From IMG/VR virus record IMGVR_UViG_3300011116_000709, positions 3,973 through 67,972 of that record: a stretch of 64,000 nt of DNA; one strand, written 5' to 3'. Under the pieces are notes generated by a model. That model was not told the DNA's origin, did no database searches, and was given only the letters and a program-made list of their open reading frames with translations. This DNA is from a virus. Below are positions 20,333 through 31,112 of this stretch, piece after piece; within the stretch, counting starts at the first letter, position 1, and the number at the start of each line of letters is the position of its first letter. Position numbers and translations under genes: made by a program.

Positions 20333-23300
20333 TTACCCCACGAAAATTACAGTAACCACTTCTGGATCGGTGTTATTATTTAAGTCGATATTTGCTATTG
20401 TTATTGTACAAACACTTGTTGCCGCAGCAGCACCGCTCCACAAACCAACTGCGGTTTGATAAACTCCTCCTTGTCCACCACCCGGATTAGGGTGCACAAC
20501 ATTTGGATTTCTTTCGTTTGCGGCTCCAGCAACAGCATAATTATCCGGAAGTGGTGTAGTGAAATAAATGCTGTATTGTCCAACAGCGTCTCTGTATACT
20601 GAAGATATGTTTCCACTACCTTGAATCGTTATGCTACCTGTTCCAACTGCTGGATTAGCAGCAACATAAAATCTAACCCACGCACGAACACCAAACAAGG
20701 GTGCAGTCCCAGTCGGAGCAGCAAAAGTGGCTCCACCAATCACCATTCCGCTTGTTGCACGGACATAAGTGCTTGACTTAATATCACCGTTCACATCAAG
20801 GGCTACGGCAGGATTGCTCTTATTGATACCAACATTCATATTAGTACCACTAAAAGCCATCAGCAATCCGTGTGTTCCGCTAGACCACGGGCCAATTCCA
20901 AATGTGTGTCCTTGATCTATTGCACCAACTTTTCCAAATACTAGGTAACTTCCACCTTTATACGCATTTGTGCCATTATAATCTCCCTGACCACCACTGG
21001 TATTGAAAATCAAGAAATTGTTGTCTGTACTGGTTGCAACTATTTGTGGACTAGAATAGCCGTATGTCCAGCCCTGAACAACCAAACGAGGCTGATATCC
21101 AAAAGAACTAGTAGTAGAAACACGATCATATGTGGTTCCAATATTAAAACTACCAGAAAAACTAGCAGTGCTTCCAACAATACTGAAAGTATCGCTCATA
21201 GACACCGCTCCACCCAACGACGGGCTAACAGCACCCGAAGTCTTCCACACAAGAGACGGCTCGCTTCCGCTAGCACCCACGACCAGTGCACTTCGTGCGG
21301 AAGAAAGTGCAGGAACACTGCTGATCCATCCGTCTGAAGACACAGCAGAACGCACTCCGTAACCAATTGCTAGGCTTGGAGTGGACGGGCGTGTGCTAAT
21401 CACATTCCACGAAGCAGCAGTGTATCCTCCACCTGCAACTGATGGGCTAGTGTCCGATGTGTAACGAGACACCAACAGGTCACGACCTTGTGCGGTTGCG
21501 GCTAGAGTGGCTCCCACGCGAACTTCACCAAGCACATCAAGCGGGCACAAGATACGATTACCAGCAGCAGAATCATCAACGCCTAGCCACTTGCTAGACG
21601 CTCCACCCGCAGCCACTCCCACATATCCTGTCACACCCACAGTGCTGGTGTAACTGCCTGGACCAGAAGCAATTCGTATGGCTTCACGCCCATTAGAAGT
21701 GCCGTCGTACACACCTACTTGCAAATCACCAGTAATACCATCCAAAATATTTGTAATCAAGAAGTTGTCAAGATTGGCGTAACTGATACCTGTGGCAGCA
21801 CCACGAACATCGCCACGATACGAGAACAGGTATCCGGTAAGAGGGCCAGTTGCCATCAACATGGGCTTACGAACTGTGCCTTCTGCTGATGGTGGGCTAC
21901 TTGAAAGAGAAGAAACTCCACTCTCAAAAGAACCAGTTGTTCCAGCACAATCTTTAGCCAAGAAGTAAACAGTTCCAGCAGTAAGTGGCGACAAATTACA
22001 CGAGAAGAATCCGTCCATTAGTATATCAAAATTTTCGTTCACATCACCAGTCGCTCCAACAGAAATCACCATTCCTGCAATTTCTGCTTCTTCAGGAGTA
22101 TTGGCTTGCCCCTTTACATAAATTCCGTTGGGATAATACGCTTCAGCAGTCTTTCCACCTGTTAGACTGTATGTGAGAGTGACTCCGGGTGTATACGCTT
22201 TGAATCGCACCACATCACCCACACTAAACTTGTTGAACTGTTGAATTCGTGTGGCAACCGAAGACGAATTAGCAATCTGAATTGGGGTTTGCAACACACC
22301 ACCAGTAAAAGGAATAACAATTGCCGAGTTTGTTCCTGTGGCAATCAGAACTGCTTTTTGGATGGTTCCGGGTGAACTCGGTTGAACTGGTGTAATAGTT
22401 CCTGCTGAAGACGGAGACAGGTAATACGCTCTGCCTGCCACAAGAGAAGTAGCCGCTTGATTCACAGGGGCAAAATTTCCAAAAATTTCACCTATGAATG
22501 TTATTTCAAATTCAGGATCGCCTGATTTGGAAACAATTCCAACAACTTCTGCACTGTCAGCATCAGAGGCAACCGCTGTTTCATATAGACCATTGGTTTG
22601 ATTTAAACGAACAGGAGTACCAAACAAGAAAGTGTTGCCCGATTGATTGATGGTCTTTCGGTTTGCACCGTCAGAAATGTTGACAAACGGGCGTGCTCCG
22701 TATGTGGTTCCGTTCAAAACTTCCATGAATACAGTAGCACCTGCGGGAGAATACCGTCCAAACTGAACCGAACGATTGCTTGTGGTTCCTGCGTCTCCAC
22801 TGGAAGTCAGTTGAACAAGCAATCCGTGATCGCTGGTGCTGCCACCGTCTAGACGGATTCCTGTTCCGTGAACAGGTAGAACCCCACCCGCATTTGGATA
22901 AATTCCAAAAGTAGCCCCGCTGATACCAATATGAGCATTGGCTTGCCACACACCCGTCAGCCCATGAACATTCGTAGTTTTCCACAGCCACTCTGCGGTG
23001 TTTCCGCTACCCCCACGATCAATCAGCAGACCACCACCACCTGCTGCATCAATTTTGGTGTCGCTAGACCCCGCAGCAGTATTTCCTAGAATCAGGTTGT
23101 AGTCATCAATAGTTACCACATTTGCGTTTACAGTGAATGTAGACGCATTGAATGTGACATCACCGTTGAATGTGACTCCACTTTGGAATGTCACAGGCTG
23201 CATGAAAGTAATGCCCTTGTTTACATTATCTGCAATAGCAGCAGACAGGGTTCCACCCGCAGCCACAGTAATATCAATAGACGAAGACGAAACTCCGTCG

Positions 23301-23428
23301 TACACACGCATCTTGTTCAGTTTGTAAATTTCTGTATTGGTAACATCCCTCCAAGTGTTGAAGGTGTCGCCAAGAGCCACTTCAGGAATAGCGTATGTGT
23401 TTATGTCTGGGCCGGTGTTTGCTGCCAT
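20333..23428 (-). CDS. Tail fibre-like structural protein
   Basis: N-terminal DTF.TWR..TN baseplate-attachment-type motif; NVGIN...P..ALDVNG; C-terminal RAWVRF..GNISSV...GQYSIYF. Confidence 0.75.
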   Translation of the reverse strand: MAANTGPDINTYAIPEVALGDTFNTWRDVTNTEIYKLNKMRVYDGVSSSSIDITVAAGGTLSAAIADNVNKGITFMQPVTFQSGVTFNGDVTFNASTFTVNANVVTIDDYNLILGNTAAGSSDTKIDAAGGGGLLIDRGGSGNTAEWLWKTTNVHGLTGVWQANAHIGISGATFGIYPNAGGVLPVHGTGIRLDGGSTSDHGLLVQLTSSGDAGTTSNRSVQFGRYSPAGATVFMEVLNGTTYGARPFVNISDGANRKTINQSGNTFLFGTPVRLNQTNGLYETAVASDADSAEVVGIVSKSGDPEFEITFIGEIFGNFAPVNQAATSLVAGRAYYLSPSSAGTITPVQPSSPGTIQKAVLIATGTNSAIVIPFTGGVLQTPIQIANSSSVATRIQQFNKFSVGDVVRFKAYTPGVTLTYSLTGGKTAEAYYPNGIYVKGQANTPEEAEIAGMVISVGATGDVNENFDILMDGFFSCNLSPLTAGTVYFLAKDCAGTTGSFESGVSSLSSSPPSAEGTVRKPMLMATGPLTGYLFSYRGDVRGAATGISYANLDNFLITNILDGITGDLQVGVYDGTSNGREAIRIASGPGSYTSTVGVTGYVGVAAGGASSKWLGVDDSAAGNRILCPLDVLGEVRVGATLAATAQGRDLLVSRYTSDTSPSVAGGGYTAASWNVISTRPSTPSLAIGYGVRSAVSSDGWISSVPALSSARSALVVGASGSEPSLVWKTSGAVSPSLGGAVSMSDTFSIVGSTASFSGSFNIGTTYDRVSTTSSFGYQPRLVVQGWTYGYSSPQIVATSTDNNFLIFNTSGGQGDYNGTNAYKGGSYLVFGKVGAIDQGHTFGIGPWSSGTHGLLMAFSGTNMNVGINKSNPAVALDVNGDIKSSTYVRATSGMVIGGATFAAPTGTAPLFGVRAWVRFYVAANPAVGTGSITIQGSGNISSVYRDAVGQYSIYFTTPLPDNYAVAGAANERNPNVVHPNPGGGQGGVYQTAVGLWSGAAAATSVCTITIANIDLNNNTDPEVVTVIFVG

Positions 23429-23607
23429 GTGTGTCCTGTGCTGATTCGTGCTTCTAGTTCACTTACCCGTGCTGTCAGAGTATTTATCTGATCTTGTAAA
23501 GACTGTATGGTTATACTGACGGTTTCTTGGTGTGCTCGGTGGACAAGAGCATTCTTGTCTTTCAAATATAGAGCACCTGTGTGGGGATCACGAATGTACT
23601 TGCTCAC
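23401..23607 (-). CDS. Small coiled-coil hypothetical protein
   Basis: YIRDPHTGAL motif followed by a heptad-like segment, downstream of the DUF4815-like gene. Confidence 0.6.
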   Translation of the reverse strand: MSKYIRDPHTGALYLKDKNALVHRAHQETVSITIQSLQDQINTLTARVSELEARISTGHTWQQTPAQT

Positions 23608-23608
23608 C

Positions 23609-26600
23609 TTACCTCCATGTCACTACGCGAATATTTTTGAGAGCAGGGGTCTTGCTGTAGTCTGCGGTTGTGGGAGCCAAGAATTCGGCTTTGATCTGAT
23701 ACGCACTAATGCTGTTTGCCAGCGAACTGGTATTGGAAGCCGGAGCGGTTATTCCGTAAACTGCTTCTCGGAAATCGTTGTCTGTGGCACTCGTAAATCT
23801 ATTACCCGCATAAGTCATCAGCCTCCACGGTGCTTGATATAGTCCGCTTTCGCCGTTGGTTGAATATTTGCAATACATGTTCACGGTTGCACCTGTGGGA
23901 ATCAATGCGTTGGTAAACACAAACACGCCCTGAGATGTAGAGTCTGTTGGGAGAACTACCGCACGAGACACATACGAAGATGTTCCGTATGGAGTTGTGG
24001 TTGATGGAGTTGTAGTCACAAACATATCTACCGCTTTGCCACAGAAAGTTCCAGTATCCAACACAGGAGAAATTGCGTTGTTGGTTCCTCGTGTCAAAGT
24101 ATACTGTACGGTAGAAGAAGATTTAGAAGAAGTGAAATAAGCATTTTGGTTATTGCTTATTAGTGTTCCGCCCACAGTTCGGGTCAAAAAGCACCCAACA
24201 GGTACAATTTCTGTGTTGCAGAGTTTCATAATCTCTGCTGCTCCACTCCAACTAGCAGACGAATACTGTAGAGTTCCGCTTGTTGCACTAAAACTGCAAC
24301 GGTTCAGACGGAAAGCAATATCGGTGGTGTTGTTTGCAACCCATGTGCTGGTGTTTTGTGGAACATAAAGAGTTCCAACCGCAGAATTATTGCCTGCTCG
24401 TCCTCCAACTGTTGTGTTCAAAGAAGTGTTGGAAGCGTACAACTCGTATTTGCCGCTGTTTGTGATTACGGCAATAGCGTATTCTCCCGGTTCAAGATAC
24501 ACAGGGCTAGTGAACGAGAAAGTTGTAGCCAACGGATTTCCGTTGTTGGAATTAACGGTTACGGCAGATGCCTGCTTGGTTACTGTAGAGAATGGCAGCG
24601 AAACAGATGGAGACGGATATCCGTTTACTGTGGGACGAATCTGAACAGTAACAGGAAGAAGTGGATCAGCCTTTGCAAAGAACAGATCAAGGCTTGTCAA
24701 GAACAAACCGTCAGGATATGTCTTCTTGTCCACAATAAAGGTCTGACAGAGTGGATCAGCCCACTGGTTGTTTTCAACCGTATCCGTAACGCTGTCATAC
24801 GATACTTCTCGGTTGAATGGAGTCTTGATTATTCCATTACTGGTCACGCATTGACGGCGTAGAACAGGCGGGCGGGTAGAATACGATCCTGAATCACGCT
24901 GCTCAAATGTTCCAGTTGAATAGAATACTGCATCGGCTGCGGTGGACGCATTTTGAGGATCAAACGAATCGCTTACTCTTACAAGTTTCTCACCAACCGT
25001 GAATGTTCCTGCGGGAATAGTGAATGATGTAGCCAATGTTCCGTTAGAAGTGGCAGACAGCCCTGTTTTTATAGCCACACCATCAAAGAACACAGACAAA
25101 CCAGTTGCATTAGGCTTAAGCCCGTATGCAGTAATACCAACAGTTTGGGTTGGAATATAAGGCAGAACGCTGTTATCAACGGTTCGGTTTGCTGATGTTT
25201 TCTTGATGCGATTTTTTAGTCGCTTGGATTTTACATACGACATCATCTTTTCAGATGTGGTTGCATCTATTCTGCGATTCACTCCGATAGACGGATTTCC
25301 AGAATCAATTCCAGCAACAGAAGATGGAGCAGCGTTTCTAGGCAGTTCAAGAATTGAACGCTGAACTGTGTCGTTTTCTTCTTCTCGGTTTTCAATACCT
25401 GTCCACAGGCTTTCCCAATCGTTCCATTGTGTTCCGAATCCACGCTTGTCTCTTGCATCAGAAGAAATCCAGTTGTCGTTTTCTCCCAGTGCATTTGTCT
25501 TTACTAAAGGACGATAAGAGGTGTCCCATGTGGTGTCTATGGTCTTGGACATTTCCAAGAAACCAAGCCAATTTGTGGTGTTGGTTGGATTAGGTTTGAC
25601 TGTGGTAGTATAACCCAAGTTCTCCACATAAGCAGTTGCACCGTATGCAAGAGTGCAAATACCGTCAGAAGAAAGTGAAATTTGCGTATTAAGTGACGCG
25701 GCTCCTAAAGCCACATCAGATGTGGTAAAGAACGGACGCAGTTCTCCGTATTCGTAATCCACAGAGCAAATGTGTTCGTCAGAAACAACATCGCCCGAAT
25801 TGTGTCCAACAAACTCGTCCACATACAGAGAGGTCTTTAGTGGTTCAGAAGTTATAGAAGAGCCTACTGTACGAGCATATCCAAGCAACTGCCTGCTTTC
25901 CAATTCGGTTTCAGATATTGAAAGTGAAGCGTATGTTTCCACATCATCTACACGCCGTTCAATCTTTCCAATATCAGACATGGTGTATCGTCGGTTGTCG
26001 TGTGGTGTCACAACAATATCAGATGCCTTATGGGTATAAGCAGGAACAAGAACGGTGTATAGCGTAAGTGCGTCTTCGCTATCCGGTGGAGGAACGGGAA
26101 CCATGTCAGGAATTCCCTGATCCACGAAGAACAAAGGCGAACCGTTATTTGGATCTGCTTTGATCTTTATCTTGTCAATTCGTGGCAGATAGTGAGAATA
26201 TGTCACCTTTGTGTTTGCAAATGCAGCAGGGAACTCGTAAGCACCATACGGCTTGAGAACCGGAGCGTCTAGAGTTGGGCCAGAATGACGGAAATCCAAA
26301 CAGTTTGCTAGAGATACAGTCTTGCCTGTTCTTGTATTGGTGTAAAGAGGAATGTGACTATAAGTAACACCAATGTACGAATTAGAACCCACAAACGGAG
26401 CCATAGTCAGACCACCGTGAAGGAAGTAATTGTAACTTACCTGATAGGTTCCAGCACCAGCAGAACCAGCCTTCTCTGATTTAACATATACACGAGAATA
26501 ATCGTAATTGCTTTCTCGTTGTCCGTCGTCTAGTTCAAACCACGATGTGGCATTCTGTGCTGCACCAACACTTGGAGTATAGGTAATTCCAACAATTGAA

Positions 26601-28690
26601 TACACATCCCAGTGTGGAAGTTGGATGTATTTTCTACTATTTCTAGACGGATCTGTTGGAACAGATGTTGTGCTGTGTGTGTAAGCAGTAGAGGTCTTGG
26701 TTCGGATATTAGATGATGCTGCGGTTGTAAGTGCAGAGGCATCCAACTGATAAAAAATTGGTGCACTCATTCTTACAGCACCTTGAGTGTATCCGATGGG
26801 ATGCTTACTTCCCGCAATCTGCAACTTCAAATAGGTTCCATCAGAAGACAGAGTAAATCCTGTAAGAGTCGGCTCGTGACCTGGGCTGTATCCAAATGCG
26901 GTTGTTCCAGTCAATCCAGTAGAAATCAAAACTACTTGTTGGATATCTGTTGCATTGTTTGTTCCATTCACTCCATATTGTGACGGGAACTTTACGGCTG
27001 TATTGGAAGCAGCACTAAAAATACCACTCAATTTGGATTTATCTATCTGATAAGTTATGGGAGAAGCAGCAGCGTATGATGCTGTTTCGTTTATATTGAT
27101 TGCATCGCTAATAACTTTGGTGTAGAATTCTGCTGCACTAAACCCTGCCACAGCGTATCCCGGACGCACATCGCAAACCAATCCAAGATCGTTGCTTCCG
27201 TTTAGGGTAATTCCTGTAGAAGTCATAGTAATACCAAACACGGCAAGAGTTCTGCCACTAGCAACACCAAATCCATGAGGCATCACTACAGCACTTGACG
27301 CTCCAGCAATGGTAGAACCAGCACAAACACCGTACAGATACATTTTATAAATTCCACGAGTCAGTCCTGAAGCAGATGAATTAAAACCAAAAGGAACAAG
27401 ACCGTGAACTTTTGCTTGACCAACTACTACATTAGTTGAGTTTCTGAAATACACATCAGCAGAACCGTGATTTAGAGTTGTGCCAATAGCGGTGCTGAAT
27501 GTGCTGCCCCATGTAGAAATTCCTTCCAAACTAAAACCAGCACACACACCAATCCAATTACCAACACCGTATGGGAACAGCAAATCTGTTTCGGTTGCGG
27601 TTGTGCGAGCGGCTGGTACAGAAATGGTTTGAGGATATTGCGACTCTACTTCATACCCCTGAATATACGCTTTACCTGATCCAAATGTATAGTTTAGTGT
27701 TGCACCACTCAAATCAATCTTGATATCAAACGGACGAACAATATACGAACCAGATTCGTCATATGTTCTGCGAGACAGGGTTTTTTCAATCTCGCCGTAG
27801 GTAATACGCTCAATCTTTCGTGTGATCTTTCCGCTTTCAAACCGAAGTAGTTCAACAAAATCGTCTGTGTCTTCTGTGGGGCGGCGTTGATCCAAAACCA
27901 AATCAATCTTGAAACGATCAGCACCCGGAGCATTGTAGTTGTAGGAACCGATAGCAGGATCGCGTAGAGTTGCGTCTTCACTTTCGGTAACAGAATCACG
28001 GGTAATTACCAAACCCACTTTGGTTGTCAGGTCTGTGAATGCTGTTCCGTACTCAAAGTCTCTGCGGCTACCGCTGCCGTTTGCAAGAGTTCTTCCGGGA
28101 ACAAAATATTGAGACGGATTGCGGGCAAAGAAACCGTCAACATAAAAAATTCCATCGTCTACAGAAACCAGTTTGCAGCGACCGTTTGCCCATGTGTCTG
28201 TGGCAGGAGAAAGGGTATAGTCGGTTGGGGTATCAGACGATGTGGTTAGAGTTACTTGTGTATTGGTATCAAAACTAGCACCAGAAATAAAGTCCACAAC
28301 CAATACCAACTTGCCGTCTGTGGAATCAGGCTCAATATAATGAACTACTCGTCCTTCAGGCTGTGCTGTAGCAGCACCACTTCCAACCTTTACTGTGCTG
28401 CCCAATACAAACGAATAATCTGTAATACTTGTCAGCCCCGCAGTATTTGGCTGTACCATCAGGTAGTTTGTATTACGAACGCTGATAGCACCACCAACAA
28501 TACGAGAACCGTCTTTGAATAGGTGATCGCCAACTTTGGACACCTGATCCTGTAGAATGGACTGGAGTTGGGTCAGTTCACGAGCCTGAACCGCGTATCC
28601 GGGCTTGAAAAGCACACGAAGAAAGGACTTGGCAGGATCGTAGTCGTCGTAATACGGGTTGATATTAAAGATGCTGGGATCGTAAGCCAT
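23609..28690 (-). CDS. Large virion structural protein (DUF4815 / VrlC-like)
   Basis: N.NPYYDDYD..K.F.RVLFKPG.AVQARELTQLQSILQ, APGADRFKI.L, RRTYDESG.Y, DPL.QTF motifs. Confidence 0.9.
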   Translation of the reverse strand: MAYDPSIFNINPYYDDYDPAKSFLRVLFKPGYAVQARELTQLQSILQDQVSKVGDHLFKDGSRIVGGAISVRNTNYLMVQPNTAGLTSITDYSFVLGSTVKVGSGAATAQPEGRVVHYIEPDSTDGKLVLVVDFISGASFDTNTQVTLTTSSDTPTDYTLSPATDTWANGRCKLVSVDDGIFYVDGFFARNPSQYFVPGRTLANGSGSRRDFEYGTAFTDLTTKVGLVITRDSVTESEDATLRDPAIGSYNYNAPGADRFKIDLVLDQRRPTEDTDDFVELLRFESGKITRKIERITYGEIEKTLSRRTYDESGSYIVRPFDIKIDLSGATLNYTFGSGKAYIQGYEVESQYPQTISVPAARTTATETDLLFPYGVGNWIGVCAGFSLEGISTWGSTFSTAIGTTLNHGSADVYFRNSTNVVVGQAKVHGLVPFGFNSSASGLTRGIYKMYLYGVCAGSTIAGASSAVVMPHGFGVASGRTLAVFGITMTSTGITLNGSNDLGLVCDVRPGYAVAGFSAAEFYTKVISDAININETASYAAASPITYQIDKSKLSGIFSAASNTAVKFPSQYGVNGTNNATDIQQVVLISTGLTGTTAFGYSPGHEPTLTGFTLSSDGTYLKLQIAGSKHPIGYTQGAVRMSAPIFYQLDASALTTAASSNIRTKTSTAYTHSTTSVPTDPSRNSRKYIQLPHWDVYSIVGITYTPSVGAAQNATSWFELDDGQRESNYDYSRVYVKSEKAGSAGAGTYQVSYNYFLHGGLTMAPFVGSNSYIGVTYSHIPLYTNTRTGKTVSLANCLDFRHSGPTLDAPVLKPYGAYEFPAAFANTKVTYSHYLPRIDKIKIKADPNNGSPLFFVDQGIPDMVPVPPPDSEDALTLYTVLVPAYTHKASDIVVTPHDNRRYTMSDIGKIERRVDDVETYASLSISETELESRQLLGYARTVGSSITSEPLKTSLYVDEFVGHNSGDVVSDEHICSVDYEYGELRPFFTTSDVALGAASLNTQISLSSDGICTLAYGATAYVENLGYTTTVKPNPTNTTNWLGFLEMSKTIDTTWDTSYRPLVKTNALGENDNWISSDARDKRGFGTQWNDWESLWTGIENREEENDTVQRSILELPRNAAPSSVAGIDSGNPSIGVNRRIDATTSEKMMSYVKSKRLKNRIKKTSANRTVDNSVLPYIPTQTVGITAYGLKPNATGLSVFFDGVAIKTGLSATSNGTLATSFTIPAGTFTVGEKLVRVSDSFDPQNASTAADAVFYSTGTFEQRDSGSYSTRPPVLRRQCVTSNGIIKTPFNREVSYDSVTDTVENNQWADPLCQTFIVDKKTYPDGLFLTSLDLFFAKADPLLPVTVQIRPTVNGYPSPSVSLPFSTVTKQASAVTVNSNNGNPLATTFSFTSPVYLEPGEYAIAVITNSGKYELYASNTSLNTTVGGRAGNNSAVGTLYVPQNTSTWVANNTTDIAFRLNRCSFSATSGTLQYSSASWSGAAEIMKLCNTEIVPVGCFLTRTVGGTLISNNQNAYFTSSKSSSTVQYTLTRGTNNAISPVLDTGTFCGKAVDMFVTTTPSTTTPYGTSSYVSRAVVLPTDSTSQGVFVFTNALIPTGATVNMYCKYSTNGESGLYQAPWRLMTYAGNRFTSATDNDFREAVYGITAPASNTSSLANSISAYQIKAEFLAPTTADYSKTPALKNIRVVTWR

Positions 28691-28700
28691 TGTTTCCTCT

Positions 28701-31100
28701 TTAGAAGCCTAACCGCATTCGGAACTCTTCGGATTGACCTTTTACTCGTGAAATTGGGCGTATATTGTTTATGTATATGATTTCTCCAGAGGCAGGATCA
28801 ATGTCTGGTTGGGTCACAGAAGTCACAATATATCCACCAAGAGTGCTACCTGTGATCCCATTTGCCTGTACGCTATTGAACGATCCAAACACATCGGTCA
28901 GGTACAACTTTCCGCTTGAAGAATTTACAAATTCCCAGTTATAAACCTTTCCGCTAGCATAATAACCAAAAGCGTCTCCACTCGCTCCCTGCTGTACAAA
29001 ATCTCCATTAGAGAACGAGTTTTGTGTTAGTTCAGACGAGGTAACATCCAAACCACCAGTAGAACCACTAACACTCGTTCCCAAGTCTAAAATAGTAAGC
29101 CCAGTAAACGAAGGGGTTTCGTTCAGATCAAAATAGGGAGAACCAACCTCAACGATTCGGAACAGGTCATATGTTCCGCCCTCATTTATAAATGAGTTTG
29201 CATTTGTCTTGTACACCCAAGCGTATTCGCCGTATCTTGGAGCCACGCTTGACGGAGCACCTGACGCACCACTCTTTTGTCCTATTACCTTTTGAGAACC
29301 TGTGACGAATGCGTTTTTGCTAGTTCTTACAACTATATTCGTATTGGATTTATCCATCACAATTCCGCTTGCTTGTATATCGTATCCGTAAGACAACCCA
29401 GCAGCAGTCAATGTGGTTCCAGCAGGTATAGTTTGGTTTACAGTTTCGCCTACTATAAAATTAGAAGCAGTAGATACGCTACCAAGATTCATTATAAAAT
29501 CATTTGGTCTGGTTTGGTATGTTACAAAATTACCACCTATATTTTTTACCTTTATTAGCAATCGTCGTTCATTGTTCAGCGTGGATACAGATTTTAGTTG
29601 AGCAATTTTTGCACCAACTGAAGACTCGGTTCCTATGATGAAATTCTTGGAAGAGGCATCGAACCCGCCAGCCTTCCACCCATCCAAATCTCTGCTAGTT
29701 TCTGCACCGCTGTAAACCAATGAAATGTCTCGGTAGTACGGAGAATCAGAACCAGCAACCGTATCCGATCCATCGTTCAGTATGGGATTTTTCACTATAC
29801 CAAACTGACGATACGATCCTCCCCCAATAAATTTGTCTGCGTCTTCTTCCAACACTTCCACAATAATGATAATGTCTTTTACATTCAGTTCTTTCAGAAT
29901 GTTGCTGCCGTGACCGCCCTTTGGAGCCAAAACTGCCGTGATGGTGGGCTGTATTTTTGTTGGCTGTGTTGCAATAGAAGTGGTTACTGCCACATTGGTT
30001 TGTGTGTAATCTTCTCCACCGCTTATCAGATTCACACCTGTTATCTGTTTGCTAGAAGAATCAACCACAGGGAAAGCGTAAGCACCCGATCCGTCTCCAG
30101 TTATTCGTATACGAGGAAGAACTTCAAAATTTGTAAAATCTGTTCCGTTGGGAGTAGGATTGTCTACTGTAAAGGTAATCGCATCATCTCTTACTATGAA
30201 ATAAGGAACATTGTTTCCACCAGTTGTTCCACTCTCTATAATCACACCGTAATTGTTGTTTGTTTGCGGATTTGTGGTGGATTGAACCACTCTCAAAATA
30301 TAACCAACTCTGGATATCGTCATGTCAAGACTTCCGATATCAGATGATAGAACCTTTACCAATTTGGTTCCACCCGTATTGGTGTATTCTCCAAGACGAA
30401 GTGGCTTGTTGTCACTAGCCAATTTGGTTCCATTGTATACCGCAGCAGACACACCACCATTAGTTACAAAATTTAGACGAGTAATCTGACCTGATACAGC
30501 AGTTTGCTGCACAGCATATTGATTGGTGGATTCTGTGTCGTCACGACTAGAAATAAAGTCTACAGGAATATAATCGGTCAGTTCGTATGGCAAATCCGAA
30601 GATCGCACAGTAGCCAAATACTTCCACACATAACCATCAGACAACCGAATTGGTGTGGTCAAAGTTCCTGTTGGTTTTACTGTTGATGGACTTCCTGTTC
30701 CATTATATGTTCCGTCTATCGTTGGGCGAGTCAAACACTTGTAAATATTGTTTTCATCTGTGATTACATAAAAAATCTTGGGATCATCTGTGTCAAACAA
30801 TCCAACGGCATCGTCATATTGATCGTAAACGGTTCCGCTTGTCCACTCGTAACGGGGCAGAGCAAACAGCACATTCTTTGGATTTAGTTTCTTGTATCCA
30901 ATCACATTACGCATGATCTCGCGTTCGTTTTCGTCGCTGTCAGGATACTCTGTTGTGCCAGGTGTGGGTGGCGTATTGTCGTCTGTCCAAGCGGTAGGCT
31001 TGGCTACAAAGAAAAAATACTGGTTATCGTTGCGTTCCAGTTCATTCAGGAAGCCTTCAGCATAGGATCGCTTGATTGACGCTTTCAGATAGGCAGGCAT
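28701..31100 (-). CDS. gp8: Baseplate wedge subunit
   Basis: RY.WTSGTVYDQY, FYV.T...NIYKCL, DGYVWKYL, P.GGHG.N...EL, SGEIIY.NN..PI.R...Q.E motifs. Confidence 0.88.
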   Translation of the reverse strand: MPAYLKASIKRSYAEGFLNELERNDNQYFFFVAKPTAWTDDNTPPTPGTTEYPDSDENEREIMRNVIGYKKLNPKNVLFALPRYEWTSGTVYDQYDDAVGLFDTDDPKIFYVITDENNIYKCLTRPTIDGTYNGTGSPSTVKPTGTLTTPIRLSDGYVWKYLATVRSSDLPYELTDYIPVDFISSRDDTESTNQYAVQQTAVSGQITRLNFVTNGGVSAAVYNGTKLASDNKPLRLGEYTNTGGTKLVKVLSSDIGSLDMTISRVGYILRVVQSTTNPQTNNNYGVIIESGTTGGNNVPYFIVRDDAITFTVDNPTPNGTDFTNFEVLPRIRITGDGSGAYAFPVVDSSSKQITGVNLISGGEDYTQTNVAVTTSIATQPTKIQPTITAVLAPKGGHGSNILKELNVKDIIIIVEVLEEDADKFIGGGSYRQFGIVKNPILNDGSDTVAGSDSPYYRDISLVYSGAETSRDLDGWKAGGFDASSKNFIIGTESSVGAKIAQLKSVSTLNNERRLLIKVKNIGGNFVTYQTRPNDFIMNLGSVSTASNFIVGETVNQTIPAGTTLTAAGLSYGYDIQASGIVMDKSNTNIVVRTSKNAFVTGSQKVIGQKSGASGAPSSVAPRYGEYAWVYKTNANSFINEGGTYDLFRIVEVGSPYFDLNETPSFTGLTILDLGTSVSGSTGGLDVTSSELTQNSFSNGDFVQQGASGDAFGYYASGKVYNWEFVNSSSGKLYLTDVFGSFNSVQANGITGSTLGGYIVTSVTQPDIDPASGEIIYINNIRPISRVKGQSEEFRMRLGF

Positions 31101-31112
31101 GGGTTCTCCGTG

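Noticed and set aside
12108-23428. Diversity-generating retroelement or invertible fibre cassette
   Set aside because: No reverse transcriptase, recombinase or near-identical repeat pair seen by eye in this window.
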